NCBI GenBank assembly: GCA_012295275.1
Contig: CM022673.1
Location: 9,114,001-9,178,000 of the forward strand
Length of the DNA: 64,000 bases
Direction: 5' to 3'
From: Chrysomallon squamiferum
Lineage: Eukaryota; Animalia; Mollusca
Part shown: positions 1-15,063 of the stretch, in pieces
Numbering within the stretch: the first letter of the stretch is position 1
Layout: every line of letters begins with the position of its first letter
Program-made: the position numbers and the translations under genes
The notes under the pieces: model-generated
What the model saw: only the letters and a program-made list of their open reading frames with translations
Database searches by the model: none
What the model was told of the DNA's origin: nothing

Positions 1-358
1 TTTTATTTTGTTTGGTTGGTTGGTTTCTTTTCTTACCTTCGCACCAAGAACACTGAGATATGCCATGTTAAATGCAATCATAAAACAAGGTCTGAACTAT
101 AGCCAGCTTGTCCTTGGATTGCCGTATAGCATTACAGTATAACATAATGTAAAAGAATAAAGCATAGCATAATGGAATGGAATTGAATACGATAAGATAT
201 CTATCATTTTGGTTGGTCTTTTGGGAAATAAACTATACTGTTTCATTATAATTGTTTTCCTTAACTGATTCAGTGATATATAACAACAGGTGCTTGCACA
301 CTGAGGTGACCCCTAAAATATTTCCGTGAAATAGCAACATTTCAATGAAAGATATAAG

Positions 359-1225
359 CAGGGCCTAGGCAAGATTAGATACTGGAATCCCCAGGAAAAT
401 ATCAGTTTTAAAATATTTAAACAATACATTTAAAAAAAAAAAAGTTCAACATTTGAGCTCAAATGTCCGGACACCCACGAAAAACATTATTTGATACTAT
501 TTTATTTGTAAAATTAAAACAAGCAAAACAAATATAAAGATAGACCTTAGTGATGACTTCAGGCTCAGTTATCCCATTATCTGATGTTCTGATTACATCA
601 ACAAAATATTTATTGTCATTTGTTCAATATGACTAACTTCAGGTATTCAATCCAGAATTATGGAATAGTATTTATCTCATTTTAGATAGCTTTTCCAAGA
701 CAGTGAAGCAGTGTTTATTATTTGTGTTTTTGGTCCCTTAAAGGCAGACACGGCAGCCAACATCACTGGTGTCACTCCACGCCTGAAACAATATTAAATA
801 CATTTTTTTCAACACCCTATGCAATCTTTAGAGGCAAGATTTTTCTGTAGAGGACATTCAAATACCACACACAGGCCATTTCTTTCCTTGTTTATACCAT
901 TAAATAAGGAGGTTCCGCGGTTAACTGAAGGTTGCGCACGATTCTACGGGAAAACTCATGGTCTGTGAAAAAAAACACGCGAAACGTACTTAAGTCCTGG
1001 AAGTTTCGTGTAACGCGTGATTTTCTCTCTCATTTTTGTTTGTTTCGGTCAGACTGATTATGCCCGAGAATTTGTCTCTGTATGAAATAAACCAGAATTA
1101 AAAAACGACCCTAAATAAAACTGAAATGTATTTATTTATTTTTCAAAACTGTTGTTGATTTGCACCCCCTGAGATCAGCGCCCTAGGCGACTGCCTAGTT
1201 TCCCTATACAGTAGCGCCGGCCCTG
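359..1225. mobile_element. Degenerate non-autonomous hAT-like element (MITE)
   Basis: Begins CAGGGCC (359-365) and ends GGCCCTG (1219-1225), with GC-rich subterminal gcgccctaggcgactgcctag. The 8-bp flanks gatataag (351-358) and ggtacaag (1226-1233) match 6/8, consistent with a decayed hAT target-site duplication. No transposase ORF. Confidence 0.55.
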
Positions 1226-1838
1226 GGTACAAGGGTCATATAAAAGTGACAGAAATTAAAACTCATTCCCTCTCACACAATGGAAGTGCTAGCTGAAGTC
1301 GTAAACAGCGATTTAGGACAATTAACTGCGTCATTTCACTTGAAAAGAAATTTTCGAAATCTGGGAAAATACAATAAGTATGTCAATTAAAGTGGACACT
1401 TGCGGTTTTTAATAGTCTGCCGCTTTTCAGCTCCACAGTGACTTGTTCGTGGTTTAATTAAACCCGTTTAACATAATTAAAAACTTTCAAGAATCATAGC
1501 AAAGGCTTTTAATAGCCCGATTTATATAACAATGGTAGCTGTTAATGTGTATATGTCAGAGGTTTGTAGCTTAGAGGTAATATAGCCCAGACGTTGGTGT
1601 TATATTTCTCTTCTCTTGCCTAAGGATGATTTCCCCGTCCAGTCCACAGCCGCAAGACAGGATAGAGAAGTGAAAGAATGTTAAACACTTGATAGTAATT
1701 TTAATTAATTACGTGTCATACCTTCGTTTTATTATCATCTGTAGCATTTCATCTATGCTGTCATGTTTTCAAAGTAATTTCCAACATTCCAAAAATAATT
1801 GTTTTTTAAAAATTGCAATACAGGTCTTCAAAAATATC

Positions 1839-1843
<5 letters not shown>

Positions 1844-1870
<27 letters not shown>

Positions 1871-1884
1871 AACATACATAATAT

Positions 1885-1939
<55 letters not shown>

Positions 1940-2094
1940 ATGTGTATGTGTGTGTGTATATATATATATATGTGTGTGTGTGTATGTATGTGTATGAATA
2001 ATGTATGTATGTATGTGTATGTAAGTATGTGCGTATGAAATTATAATCATTTAGACGGTTATCATGTCTGTGACAAACGTGAATATATGTAGAC

Positions 2095-2135
<41 letters not shown>

Positions 2136-2194
2136 TACGTATATATGAAAATATTATCATTTAGACGGTTACACACACACACACACACACACAC
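1844..2194. repeat. (TG)n/(TA)n/(AC)n microsatellite cluster with a short local duplication
   Basis: Long TG, TA and AC tracts; the segment atcatttagacggtta occurs twice (~2047 and ~2156). Confidence 0.9.
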
Positions 2195-3698
2195 ATTTAT
2201 GTGTTCTCTGATGATGATATCTTTTATTTTGTTAGTTTTTAAAAGATTGCATGAAGTCGTGTAATGAAACCGAATATTTGACCTCATATAACCTCACATA
2301 TTTATGACGCAGTATAGTACAGAGTATAGAGTAGTTAATGTAATGCGGAGTATTACAGTGTCCTCTTAGATTACTTCAGAGTAAAACAATACAGTGTAGT
2401 GCTGCGTAGTGTTATACAGTGTAATGATGTCTGGTAATATAGTGTAATGCAATATATTGTTGTATTCTTTATTATAGTATCATGAGGTGTATTTAGTGTA
2501 TATGGAGTTGCGATAATCTTGTCAGTCGTTGATTTACGTCCCATGCGACTTACGACTGTTTGACTTTACGACCGCTCGTCTGACAGTGATGCCGCGGCTA
2601 AGGCCAGGTTTAGACTTTTCTGTCGACTCTGTTCGTGGATACTCGGCACATTCCGTTGTTACTGCGTTCTTTCTGAGTCCGCTTCACTCCAGCTTCCCGT
2701 TCAAATGACGAGTGCATTTCGAAACTTTCCCGAATTTTCACTCCAAACTTCTCCTCAACCCATCGGAATGTTCATTTTTACTGTTAATTTCTATAATTTC
2801 ATTTGCATTAATAATACAGTCTGTAAATTCGTATGTTATAAATCCCTAACTGTATGCATTATCTCTTTGTTCGTTTCGTTTTTGCCAGTAGCATGCTATA
2901 TATTACATAAGTAAAATACTTGTCATTACGTTCACGTATTATTCCTTCGTGTTTTTGTCACGCACGAATGATCACACAAATGTGCAAGTAACGTCTGCTG
3001 AAAAGTTCCTTTTGTCTATCCATCGAGACAGGTGTCAACACTAAGATAGAGAAGGATGAGTATAGTATTAGACTGTTAGTTTTTAATCTTTCGGTCGAAA
3101 CTGAACTGACTGTGTATGATTAACGTTAATCTCATTACGTCATGAAAGATAATCAGTCAGATTATAACCCCGTGTGTGGGCTTCAAAACTGCTTTAACAC
3201 ATCTGCAAACTGAATTTGAGAATAACGTCACCGCCCAGTTAGGTCAGATTACTCACATTACCAAGCGTGAAGAGTCTGAATTGCATACAAGCTTGTGAAG
3301 AATGCACAGCAAACGCCTCTTTGAACAAAACATGTTTCCCCTGTCATCATCTATCTCTTTCTCTGTCTGTCTCTGGTCCTATCAGTCTCTCTTCTTTCTG
3401 TCTCTTTTTATCACCTAAGGTGTATCTCTGCAGAATAATCTGTTCGATAGTGGGTTATATCTTTTAGATCTTTTTTCTACAAAAATCATTGTTTCATTAT
3501 TGTCCTGAAATTTATTTTACATAACTTGCTGAACTTAATAAACTTATTTCAATCTTTCAAAAACAAATTTCGGTGCAAACTGATGGTTCACGTTTATAGT
3601 TTTATTTTTCATTTTGCTCAGGAATATATATATTTTGATAATTAAATTTTAAATTGTTCATCCTCATCATTTTGATCGTTGATTTTTTTCTTCTTCTT

Positions 3699-3729
<31 letters not shown>

Positions 3730-3751
3730 TGATTATTATTATTATTATGAA

Positions 3752-5248
3752 TACTGTGTACCTTGACTTACGAGTTTAATTCGTTCCGTGACCGAGCTCG
3801 TATTTCAATTTGTTCGTATACCAAATCAATTTTCCCAACTGAAATAAATTGAAATACCATTAATCCGTTCTAGCCCTACAAAAATCACTTCATTTTTTTT
3901 TTTTTTTTTTTTTTTTTAACGTGTTTTTAAATAATAAAAAAGGGTATTTATAAATGACAAATATTGTATGAAAACAAAATAAAAGAGAATGTAAAGAAAT
4001 AAATTGTTTTCGTAAAGTGTCTTTATCTTAGAGAAGAGACAAATTATTTTAACACCTGTGGCTGGAGTTATAGCCTTTGTCGACTCCTTCAGCTTCAGTA
4101 CGGTACACATCGTAGAAGTAGTACGCTCGTACTGCCTAGCCAAGTATGACGGTAAACCGGTTTTTTTTTTGGTTTTTTTTTATCTTACGTAGTAGGGCCC
4201 TTAGCCATACCCTAATAGGGCCTCGTTCAAGCTGTGGAAAGTTTTCTCAGCGATAATTAGAAATTAGATGTACTGTTTACTGTGTTTCTTTAGCAAAATG
4301 GTCCTAACTTTTTTACTAAGCCACAGATCGCAATTTAGTTTACACCTATTTATAGAACTCGCTGGTAGCTATTTTTATTTTTATTATTTTTTTTTTTTTA
4401 CTTATTACAGTATTTTATATTGTTGTACTTTTAAGATACAGTTGCTTTTGAAAATGTCGGTAACATATTTACTATTTACCTAAATAGCTTACTTTAATAC
4501 AGTTTAACATCCCGTAATTAACCTGTATGCATCATTAAAGTAAATAAATATGTTAACCATTCATTTCTACAAATATTCCTAACAATATGTATTAATTAAG
4601 TACCTAATGTTAGTTAACAGTAATCCAATTAATGAAGTCACCTAACAATTAACGATCATTAGCGAGAGACAAAAGGAATTTTTGTCAGCTCAGCTCTGCT
4701 GACTTCAGGGACGTCCGCGACGTGTTTATTTAAGTAAAAGACAAAAGAGACGAGAGAGACAAAGAACAAAGAGAAGACACGGGTTGGAGTGGGTGGTTGG
4801 CGGCCATTATTAGGCAATTATGTCGGTAACTACATTTTGGAAGCAGTGACAAATGGTTATCCTGCTTCTGTATGGTCTGTTTGATTTGTTGATCAATTTG
4901 ATGTAACCTGTATATTCTCCATAGAGAGTTTGAATTATATATTTATTTGTAACAAAATCTGTTAAGGAAAATTAAAAGAATTAAGAATTATAGTATTTCA
5001 TTAAACGCCAACTCCCACGTCCTCAACCACTAAATGATAACTATACACGTGTGAAATAAAAAGAAGTAACCGCGGCGAGGTAACCACGTGAAGTAAACGA
5101 GTGACATGCGGAATGCTGGCGGAAAAGCTGAAGTTCGCTCGTAAGTCGGATATTGGCTCGCAACTCAAAGCAAGAAGTCGGCCGGGCGACTGTTCGTTGG
5201 TCGAAAAACTCGTAAGTTGGAGCACTCGTAAGTCGAGGTACCACTGTA
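3752..5248 (-). mobile_element. Internally deleted Tigger/pogo DNA transposon (copy 1) carrying a nested insertion
   Basis: Left end ta-ctgtgtaccttgacttacgag and right end ctcgtaagtcgaggtaccactg-ta are inverted repeats bounded by TA. The minus-strand fragment ending at 4143 (ARQYERTTSTMCTVLKLKESTKAITP) resembles the CENP-B/psq HTH N-terminus of Tigger transposases. Homologous to 50309-51027. Confidence 0.85.
4190..4995 (+). repeat. Unclassified interspersed repeat nested in the Tigger element
   Basis: Aligns by eye, in inverted orientation, with ~45740-46662 (e.g. cctaacaattaacgatcattagcgagagacaaaaggaatttttgtcagct vs agctgacaaaaattccttttgtctctcgctaatgatcgttaattgttagg). Absent from the second Tigger copy. 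Boundaries approximate. Confidence 0.8.
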
Positions 5249-5586
5249 TTATTAATATTATTTTATCTTTGAATCAGATATTGATTGTATAAAAATGCAG
5301 CTTAATTCTAATTGTAAGAAAAAATAGATTTGATCTTTTCGCTCATTTTAACTCGGCGAGTATGGCGACTCAAAAAATTATTTTGACAACTTTACCATAA
5401 TGTTATGATAATTAATATGTCACATAACTAATAATTTGAGCATTTGAGTTAACTGCTATAACACAACGTTATGATAATTATTAAGTCACGTAACTAATAG
5501 TTAACCAACACAGTAACACTTATAACAACATTCACGAAGTTCGTTTTAATCTCGGAACAGACCCATTTTCATTTATGACATAAATA

Positions 5587-5892
5587 TATTAATGTCGAAC
5601 ATTTTAACACGCACACTTTTTATTTATATCGAACTCTTTAATGGAATTTTATTAATGTCATAAGGTTTGGCTCGGTATAAATATGTTAATGCTGTTAACT
5701 TTGATAGGAAAGAACTGGTTAACGTACATTTGTATAGCAACAAATTGACAGCAAATGTATTAATGTCGGACATTTTGATAGAGAAACACTTTTTATTGAC
5801 ATCGAAAACTTTCATGGAATTGTATTAATGTCTTAAACATTGACAGGAACAAATTGACAGAGAATGTATTAATGTCGGACATTTTGATAGGC
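5587..5892. repeat. Degenerate minisatellite downstream of the minus-strand gene
   Basis: Five recurrences of tattaatgtc, with longer blocks repeated (tattaatgtcggacattttgatag; acactttttatt..atcgaa..ttt.atggaatt.tattaatgtc). Confidence 0.75.
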
Positions 5893-5934
5893 ACATCATA
5901 GAAAAACAAAAACAAAAATAAATCTAAATTTGTA

Positions 5935-6959
5935 CTATTGACCTTTACCAGCAACAGTTTCTTTGACCCTTGTTAAACTCATCCATTGTCGACGTTTTTC
6001 CCAAAAAGTCATATTTTTCAAACGTTTATCTTGCTCCTTTTTCATTATCTCCAACTTGTCAAAAAACTCGTGAATCCTAAGTTCAACAGGTTTGCGCCTG
6101 AAGCTACGTTTGCTGCTTCCCATTGCTGATATGACGTCAAATTCTGAAACCGGTTCCTTGTTCAACAAGCCCGTGGCCAAATCTAAAAACGGCTTGTCCT
6201 CTAACATTTCGGGTTTGATTGCGGATATTCCGTTAGACTGTTCTAACGGGATGTCGTCAACTTTGGAAAATGAATGAAATTTTGATTCCGGCGCTCCAAT
6301 CCATCGATCGCTGGGCAAGTTAGAGACAGCCAAAGACTGGCCTCCCGGAATACTGTCCACTTTGTTAAACGAATAAAACCCACCTTCTCTCGGACGAGCC
6401 CAGCACTCGCTAGCAATTAAATCGACTACTTTGGGACAAGAAATCCGCGACGAACCATTCTGGATTCTTTTAAGGAGTATTGATTCAATATTGGTCTCCG
6501 TCAGCTCCTTCAGAAGGAGTTCATCCTCCTGGTCCTTTTCGCGTAACTGTCGGAGAAATTCTTCAGCTTGTTCGTGCGTTGTCGGTACTTTCCGTTGTTG
6601 ATGACGTATCATTTCTAGTTGAGACTTCGTGCGATGCGGAAGGGCGGTTGTTGCTGCTCGTGGAACAGCGGAGACCCCACCTGATATTCCAGCGGCACCG
6701 CTCCTGTTTCCAGGGGGAGCGGTCTGGATTTTGTTTCTGGATTTTCGTGAAGCATGTTGCAGCAGTTCGTTTGAAGATTTTCCCTCCAGCAATCTGAAAT
6801 GCATAAAAGATAAATTAAACCTGCTTAGGCAACATGTTCGAAATGGTTTAGTTTTTTTGTTGTTGTTGTTTCTGCATTCTGACTTTTGTATTAAAGAGTC
6901 ATTTATTTATTTATTTATTTATTTATTTACTTTTAATTATTTTAATTAATTAATTAATT

Positions 6960-7010
<51 letters not shown>

Positions 7011-7550
7011 TATTTTCTTTTTTGTTGTTGTTTCTTGTTTCAAATTATCTATAATAAGGCATACAGTTCCCAAAATACAATTTATAACTTTTTCATTGAT
7101 TATATACAGTTTTATGTCTCTCGTTAAAACGTTGCATGCATTTCAAGCAATAAAACGAATAATTATACTTTGACTATCTCATATAACTGTTACTCTGTAT
7201 CTCTGTTTAAGTATATAAATGTTTTATTATTATTGTATAACGATCTTTGATAACGTAAATACATTTTTATCCTTTATTTTATTACGTATCTTTTCAAATA
7301 ATGTTTCTCAGAAAGTGTACGTTGACAGATTTGTTTTATCAGTTCATTTATTAGGTCGCTATATAACAATAACAGGGACGTGTACTGCATATATTTAGGT
7401 TATTTATTCGTACAACTGAAAGTAGTAAATCGATTCATTTTGCATGCATTAGCTTTGGTAAAGCGGCTTAACTAAATCGATTTAGCTAACACATTTCAAA
7501 GTCATTAAGTATCTGTTTTGTTTTCTATCATTTATTCTCTCTCTCACTCT

Positions 7551-7624
<74 letters not shown>

Positions 7625-8008
7625 ATATATATGTGTGTGTGAGTGTGTGTATGTATGTATATATCTTTCATTCACTCTTGCTTTCTTTAACATTAATTCT
7701 TTAACATTAATTTTTCTCTCCCTTTGTCTTTCTTTCTTTCTCTGCCTATCTGTCTGAATATGTTTATATCTGTCTCTCAGTTTATCTATCTATCTACCTC
7801 TGTCTACCTATCTATCTGTTTTCTTTCTCTCCACAGTCCATCTATCTATCTATCTATCCGTCTAGCTACCTGTTTACCTACCTACTTATCTATCCTTCAA
7901 TTAATCTATTTATCTATCTTTTTTACTGTCTATCTGACTACCTCTGTCAGAATATCTATAAACCTGCCTCTGGCTGTCTGTTTGTCTATCTCTCTCTCTC
8001 TCTATCTA

Positions 8009-8084
<76 letters not shown>

Positions 8085-8151
8085 CATACTGTTTCTCCTA
8101 CTTTTTGTTTCTTCTTCTTCTTCATCTCTCTCTCTCTCTCTCTCTCACACA

Positions 8152-8230
<79 letters not shown>

Positions 8231-8720
8231 ACACACACTCGCTAGAACTTTCTATCTATTTTTCTATCTCATTTCTTTGTTTCCTTCTGACTCTCTTAAG
8301 CCCATATCCGCTGAAACATAAATCAGACAAACCTGCAAAATAATGCAAGATAAAACAGAAACAAACGAAACTCTGAAAGTCGGGAAAAGTAACTGAACCT
8401 TCTTTTCTGTCATGGTTCACATGATTGATTTACTGCCCGTGACAACCTGAACATACGATTACACCATCAGTGAAACATAAACTGGATATGTCACGTTTTT
8501 ATTTAGCCCCTTGGGCTGGAGTGAACAATGAATGACCTAGGGTTAAAAACTGATGGTCTGCTATTTATCCACGGTCCACTGAACAGATTACAAATACAAT
8601 TACTTCTTGTTTAGTTTCTAATTTGGTTATTTTCTTTCCTTGTCTTTCATTTTTTTTTCTTTCTTTCTTTTTTTTTTTTCATACTTTATCTATTCGTGTA
8701 TCATCCTTATTTCTTTACGT

Positions 8721-8752
<32 letters not shown>

Positions 8753-10379
8753 TATTTCTTTATTTCCCTCATTAATTACTCTCATCTTACTCAAATAATT
8801 TTCTTTGTTTTCTTGTTTATCTTCCTTCTAACTCTCCTTATCCTTGGTCTTTCTTTTACTGTTTTTTGTTTTCTTCTTGAATGCCTTAATTACTGGTTTT
8901 TATTATAATAAATGTCAGATTAATTAAGATGAAAAACAGCGATAAATTATTATTAATAGTTTTGTTTGTTTGTTTGTTGTTGATGTTTTTGTTTTGTTTT
9001 GTTGGCTTTTATAAAGGAGAAAAAGCTTGTATTTAAACATGTACGCCTAAAACTTTATGATATCGTCGCTCTGAAATAAAATACATAACAGACGACAGAT
9101 TTATTTTTCAAACAATACTTCAGTATATTATAATGTTAATCGTTATTATTTGAGATATATACAAACATATAAATAAATAAAATAATAACTAAATAAATAA
9201 AAATTAAGATAAAATAAAATGAAAAAAACAAAAAAAAAAAAAACAAAACAAACAAAATAAATAAATAAATAAAATCATCTGTTAACAGCAAAGAATATTT
9301 AATATTATTGTGTTTTTTGGTTTTTTGTGTGTGTGTATGTATGTTTTTTTTTTAAGGAATTTTGGTGTTCTTCTTGTATTTTTTTTTTCGTTGATGTTTT
9401 TCTTGGGTTTTTTTTACCTTTTTTTTTATAATTATATGACAGAGGAGTCTTGTTATCGAAATCAGACGTCATCACGTTAACAGTAAAGATCATTTACATG
9501 CATCTTAACATAGTCAGCAAAGCGTAAATCTGGGACGAGATGATCTAGGCGAGGAATATTGTACGAATCACGCTAAATAACATGACACAAAATATTTCAC
9601 AACAGTACTGCTTTATCACGTAAATATAATGCATGTCTTTGTTTTGGGAACAAACATTTTAAAACACCTGTAGAATAGAACTCAATTTTATTTATAACAT
9701 TTATTCATAATTCAACAGCTTTTGAGGTGCACTGCATACTTATGAATGCATTACTGACTATACGATATCTCCTGACCTCTCATGGATAGATTTCAGCAAG
9801 GGCTGACGTCTACAATCTCTCACTTACTTCATGACAAAGATGTATATAGAGTTTATAATGTAATGAAAATAATATATAATAATACAGTAAATCTTGGATA
9901 ATAGGTATTCGAAATTTAGTAAAATGCCTTTGCATGAGATGACACTTAAAAAAAAAAAATTAAACACTAAAAAAAAAAAAAAAAAAAAAAAAAGCAAGAA
10001 AGAAGGCTGAACTAAGAAATAATCAAACAATATATAATACAAATGCTACTTACCTGTCATAATGTTGGGGGAGGGGTTTTATTAATAATTTTTTTTTAAA
10101 TATATAAAAAAAAAATTATTTATTATTATTATTTTTTTGTCATAACCAATTGGTGATGGATTTTCTTCTTTTATTATTTCATTTCTGAAGTTACTGTTTG
10201 TTCTATTTATTCCGTTTCGTTAGATATATGTACTTTAAAAAAAAAAAAAAAAATTAAAAAAAATTTTTTTTTTTCTTTTAAATATTAAATCTAAACAAAT
10301 GTCGGTTTTGTATGGGTTTTTTATTTTTATTTTTTTAAATTTAAAATTTAAAATTTTTTTTATTTATTTATTTATTTTA

Positions 10380-10425
<46 letters not shown>

Positions 10426-11134
10426 TTTTTTTTTTTTTTTTTGTCTAAATAATAGTTATTTTTGTCTAAACAAAATATCTTTTCGGCTAAATAAATGTCC
10501 TTTTAATCTAAGTAAAAGATAAATTATAAAGTTTCAATCGCAGTGATAAAATATGATTTAGCAGCAGTCGACAATATCACCTGTTAATACTTCAGTTACA
10601 GCACACTCGAATGAAGACTATGTGCCCAGTCAACCGTATCAAGTATCGTTGACTTTCCCGACATCATGAAATAATCATATGTTTCTCTGTTTAACAGATG
10701 TGCATTTAAAGAAAATTTCTTTTCTGCTAATAACTTTGAATGGATTTCTTCTAGAGTCTGTAATTATTTTCGAAATGATTCGACTTTCAATAGTCGATGA
10801 TGAAAACATAATTTGAATTAGCGTTATACATAACACATTTTCCTTTATATATCCTCTATGTTCTGTATTAATCTATTAGGTCTGAGAAACGTTGTAAAAC
10901 ATTCTCTTAGGCAAAGATTATCTCCCATAATATATAGTTATTATAAATGTTTTGTAGAATTTGCACAAATTAAACAAAACATTTAAAAAAAAAATTTCGT
11001 TTCAGGTCTGGAAAGGATTTATTGCCGTCTGACTATTAAAAATAAGTACAAGAATAAGAATAATAAAATTAAAAAAAAAATACTTTTGGGGATGAATTAT
11101 TATTATTTTTTTTTATATAACAGTTTCTTCCACA

Positions 11135-11165
<31 letters not shown>

Positions 11166-12183
11166 ATTTTTTTTTGTTTATTTTTTGTTTTTGTATGTTT
11201 GCTTGTTTATTTATTTATTTACTTAGGTACTTAGTTTTTTATTTGTTATTTATAATTTTCTCTTTTTTTTCTTAAAGTAAATACGGATACCGCTGTAGTC
11301 TAATTTTCAGAATTAAATAACATTATCACATAATCTGTGATTGCTTCTCATTCTTGACGATTCTGTTATGACAATAATCTCTATTCATAGTAAATAATAA
11401 AATAATCCAACAACAATAATGAGCTTTCTTGATAAATGTACAGTAGTAATCCAAGCCTAGATACTAGCTGATTGTTTGGGATTTTTCGTAATGTCGACAA
11501 AACACACAGACGTAATAATATTTCGTATTATTCAATATTATAAATCGATCTCAGTAAATCTTTTTCTTTTCCCAAAGTTTTATTTTATTTTTCTGTTATT
11601 ATATAGTAAATATACTGATCTTTAGAACAAGTAATAAAAAATGATCATCAAGTTATGAGTTTAAAGATACTTTAAATTATGTCTGTCTGATTGTATATGA
11701 AATGAATATTCTGTATGTTGTAAGTCTGAATAAACTCTGCACATAGACAATATTCGGGAACGTACTGGCAACTGAGAACACAGTCCAATCACAACCTCAC
11801 AAACACCGTCAAATGCCACTGACGAGACTTAAACGTATAGCAATAATAGATAGATAGATATATAGACAGACAGAGAGACAGGTAGGTAGACAAAGACAGA
11901 CAGACAGAAGATAGATATGTAAATGGACAGACAGACAGATATATAGATACAGATACAAATATACACTGTAGATACAGATATAGATTCACACGAATGCTTG
12001 TATGCAAATCAAATAATATTAAAGGTAAGAATAAAAAGATCTATATAACATGTATTTTGCATAGTATGTGTATTTGTGTGCTGATGTGTGTGTTTATGCG
12101 TGCATTCAAAAAGTTAACGTTATGCAAATAAGTATGTTTTTTTGCTTCTTATATTTGATTTAAATTTGTTTTTTGTGCTTTTT

Positions 12184-12214
<31 letters not shown>

Positions 12215-12623
12215 TATTTTATTTTATTTTATTTTTATTATTATTATTTTGATTAAATTTTTATAATTTTGTTTTTTGTTACTGTTGTTTTTTATTATTT
12301 TGCTTTTGTATTGTATTATTTCTGTTCTTGTTCTTTTTGTTAGTTTATTTAGTTATTTATTTATTGTTATTTATTTATTTCTTCTTTTTTTAATACACTT
12401 ACCTGTAGTTATGAGGATTCAGATTGGATTCGCAGATTCTGATTTCTTTGAGGAACTCATATTGACTCACTCTGTCTCTGGCCATGTGTTTCACTATCAG
12501 TTTCTGTTGCTCTTCAAACTGACACATCGCTTTCCTCAGATTTAGCGAAGCCAGACTGTTCCTATTCTTCAGTTCTCGCATCGAGGCCGAATTTTTGAAA
12601 AAACTTGCACCTTTCCTGTCCAT
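5935..12623 (-). CDS. Uncharacterised ~359-aa protein; coding exons 12623-12403 and 6793-5935
   Basis: Exon A starts ATG (MDRKGASFFKN...) and ends AG|gtaagt in phase 2. Exon B has acceptor tttcag|A at 6793 in the matching phase and is open for 285 codons to TAG. It is the longest ORF in the window, with non-repetitive coding-like composition. The 3' end could instead splice at G|gtaaag or G|gtcaat just before the stop. Confidence 0.75.
7555..8240. repeat. (CT)n, (CTAT)n, (TA)n and (AC)n microsatellite cluster (intronic)
   Basis: Directly visible simple repeats. Confidence 0.9.
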
Positions 12624-14289
12624 TTCGTTGTCTCGATTATTATGGGAAATGCCTTAGAATCATCAATGTCTTACATCAAAGCTTGTGGAGAATTTACTTG
12701 CTGTGGGGAATATACACCACAGGGTAATGTTCTGGAAATCTAGACAGACATGTATTTATTAAAAGTGTCTCTTTTTTTAATTTTGATTTATTTAATATCT
12801 TGTCCCAAATTCCGTGTAGAATAATAATCAATAGTCGAAACAGAACAGTCTTTTACCGTTTCAGCCAAAAAGAAAGCAAATGTTAATATTGTCTTACTTC
12901 CATTTTAATAATGAAGAAAACCCCAAAAAAATGTATATGAACACAAAGAGAAATTAAATAAATAAAATTAAGACTGAACATCCAACAAACTCAGTGTTTT
13001 CTTGACTGAAATATTAAATATCTCTTAAACTTTACAACGATTTCCTTACGAAACCTTTGCCTTCCATAATCCACGTCAATTAACTGCTGGTTCATCACTC
13101 AAGAAAGATCTTGATTCAAATTTCCTTTTCTGCTGACAACCTTCCAGTTCAGATTCAGTTTTGTATCTCTCTTCCAGCAAAGAAAATAAACCATGTACGT
13201 ATACGAGATTTATACAGTTTGTGGCATAATATGCATTATTTTTTTCTCTATACCTACAACTTAGCTGAATATTAGATCGGTTACCTAATTTGGTTATATC
13301 TTCGCCACAAGAAATATCACCTTTAAAGCGATTATCTTTAATCCACAGAAACCACATATACGGATCCAGGGGGTGGGAGGGGGAACACCTACCCTTAATA
13401 CTTATCCACCTTTTTATTGCAGACTGATACTTCATGTTTTTTTTCTTTCTTGATATTGTATTTGATTTCAAGTTATAGCCACCCGACGAAGGTATTCCCT
13501 AAACACTTTTCTGAAATGTTGGATACTCCCTTGGAACAGACTGTTAGAAGAAAACACTGTACTGGACAATAATATTACGTAAAGGTTTTCTTTTATTACT
13601 CTCTTGAGAAAAGTTGTAGTTGTTCCATAATACAGAAAGAGAGATTAACAACGTGTATTCGTTTTTAATTAGGTATTATCATTAATCCTGAAGTTTATCT
13701 GTTATTGTTATGTTCAACAAGTGTATAAATGGTATAGCAAAGGTTACCAAAGATCCCATTGTGAATTATTTTATCTGATATTGAAAAACACCATAGCCAC
13801 ATGATACTGCAATCATCTTAGTGGTGATAAATCGAGGCTAAATCATCATCATCATCATTTTTAATCATCATGATAAAATAGTATTTATTTATTTATTTGC
13901 TTATTTACTTAGTTATTAATCTATTTGTTTATTTAACTATATTTATTTTATTTTATTTTATTTATGTTCCTACATCTAGTAGTGGTGTTATTGTTTGATT
14001 AATTATAGACGATATATTCAAAATGTTTTATTTGAATCCTGGAAGGAATCAACACACACCGCCAGTATTTTTATTTCTTTATTAATTTGTTGGGTTTTTT
14101 GGCGCACCGATTTTTCTTTACAGTGATACCCTCTTTTCTTCATGTTGGATCCGGTTCTGACTTCTACTGTCAAACAGCTACGAATATCAAAGATTTGTTT
14201 TTGATTGTGAGAAAGAATGGAAACATGTGAAAGTCATTCATAAAAGAAATATAGATATTTATACACAAGACATTTTTTTTCTTTTCAGT

Positions 14290-15063
<774 letters not shown>

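Noticed and set aside
37-91. Possible minus-strand exon (MAYLSVLGAK|gtaaga) of a gene leaving the left edge
   Set aside because: Good donor, but only ~10-18 codons and no partner exon visible; cannot be supported.
2520-2790. CpG-rich stretch as a third exon of the 5935-12623 gene
   Set aside because: Candidate acceptors lead quickly to stops; the cgacttacgac motifs suggest a pogo-like MITE fragment instead.
6092-6949. Plus-strand ORFs 6092-6277, 6480-6797 and 6629-6949
   Set aside because: Antisense shadows of the long minus-strand exon.
13076-13471. 131-aa minus-strand ORF
   Set aside because: No recognisable domain or consistent splice partner; includes a probable MITE end (ggatccagggggg); more likely 5' UTR or promoter of the 12623 gene.
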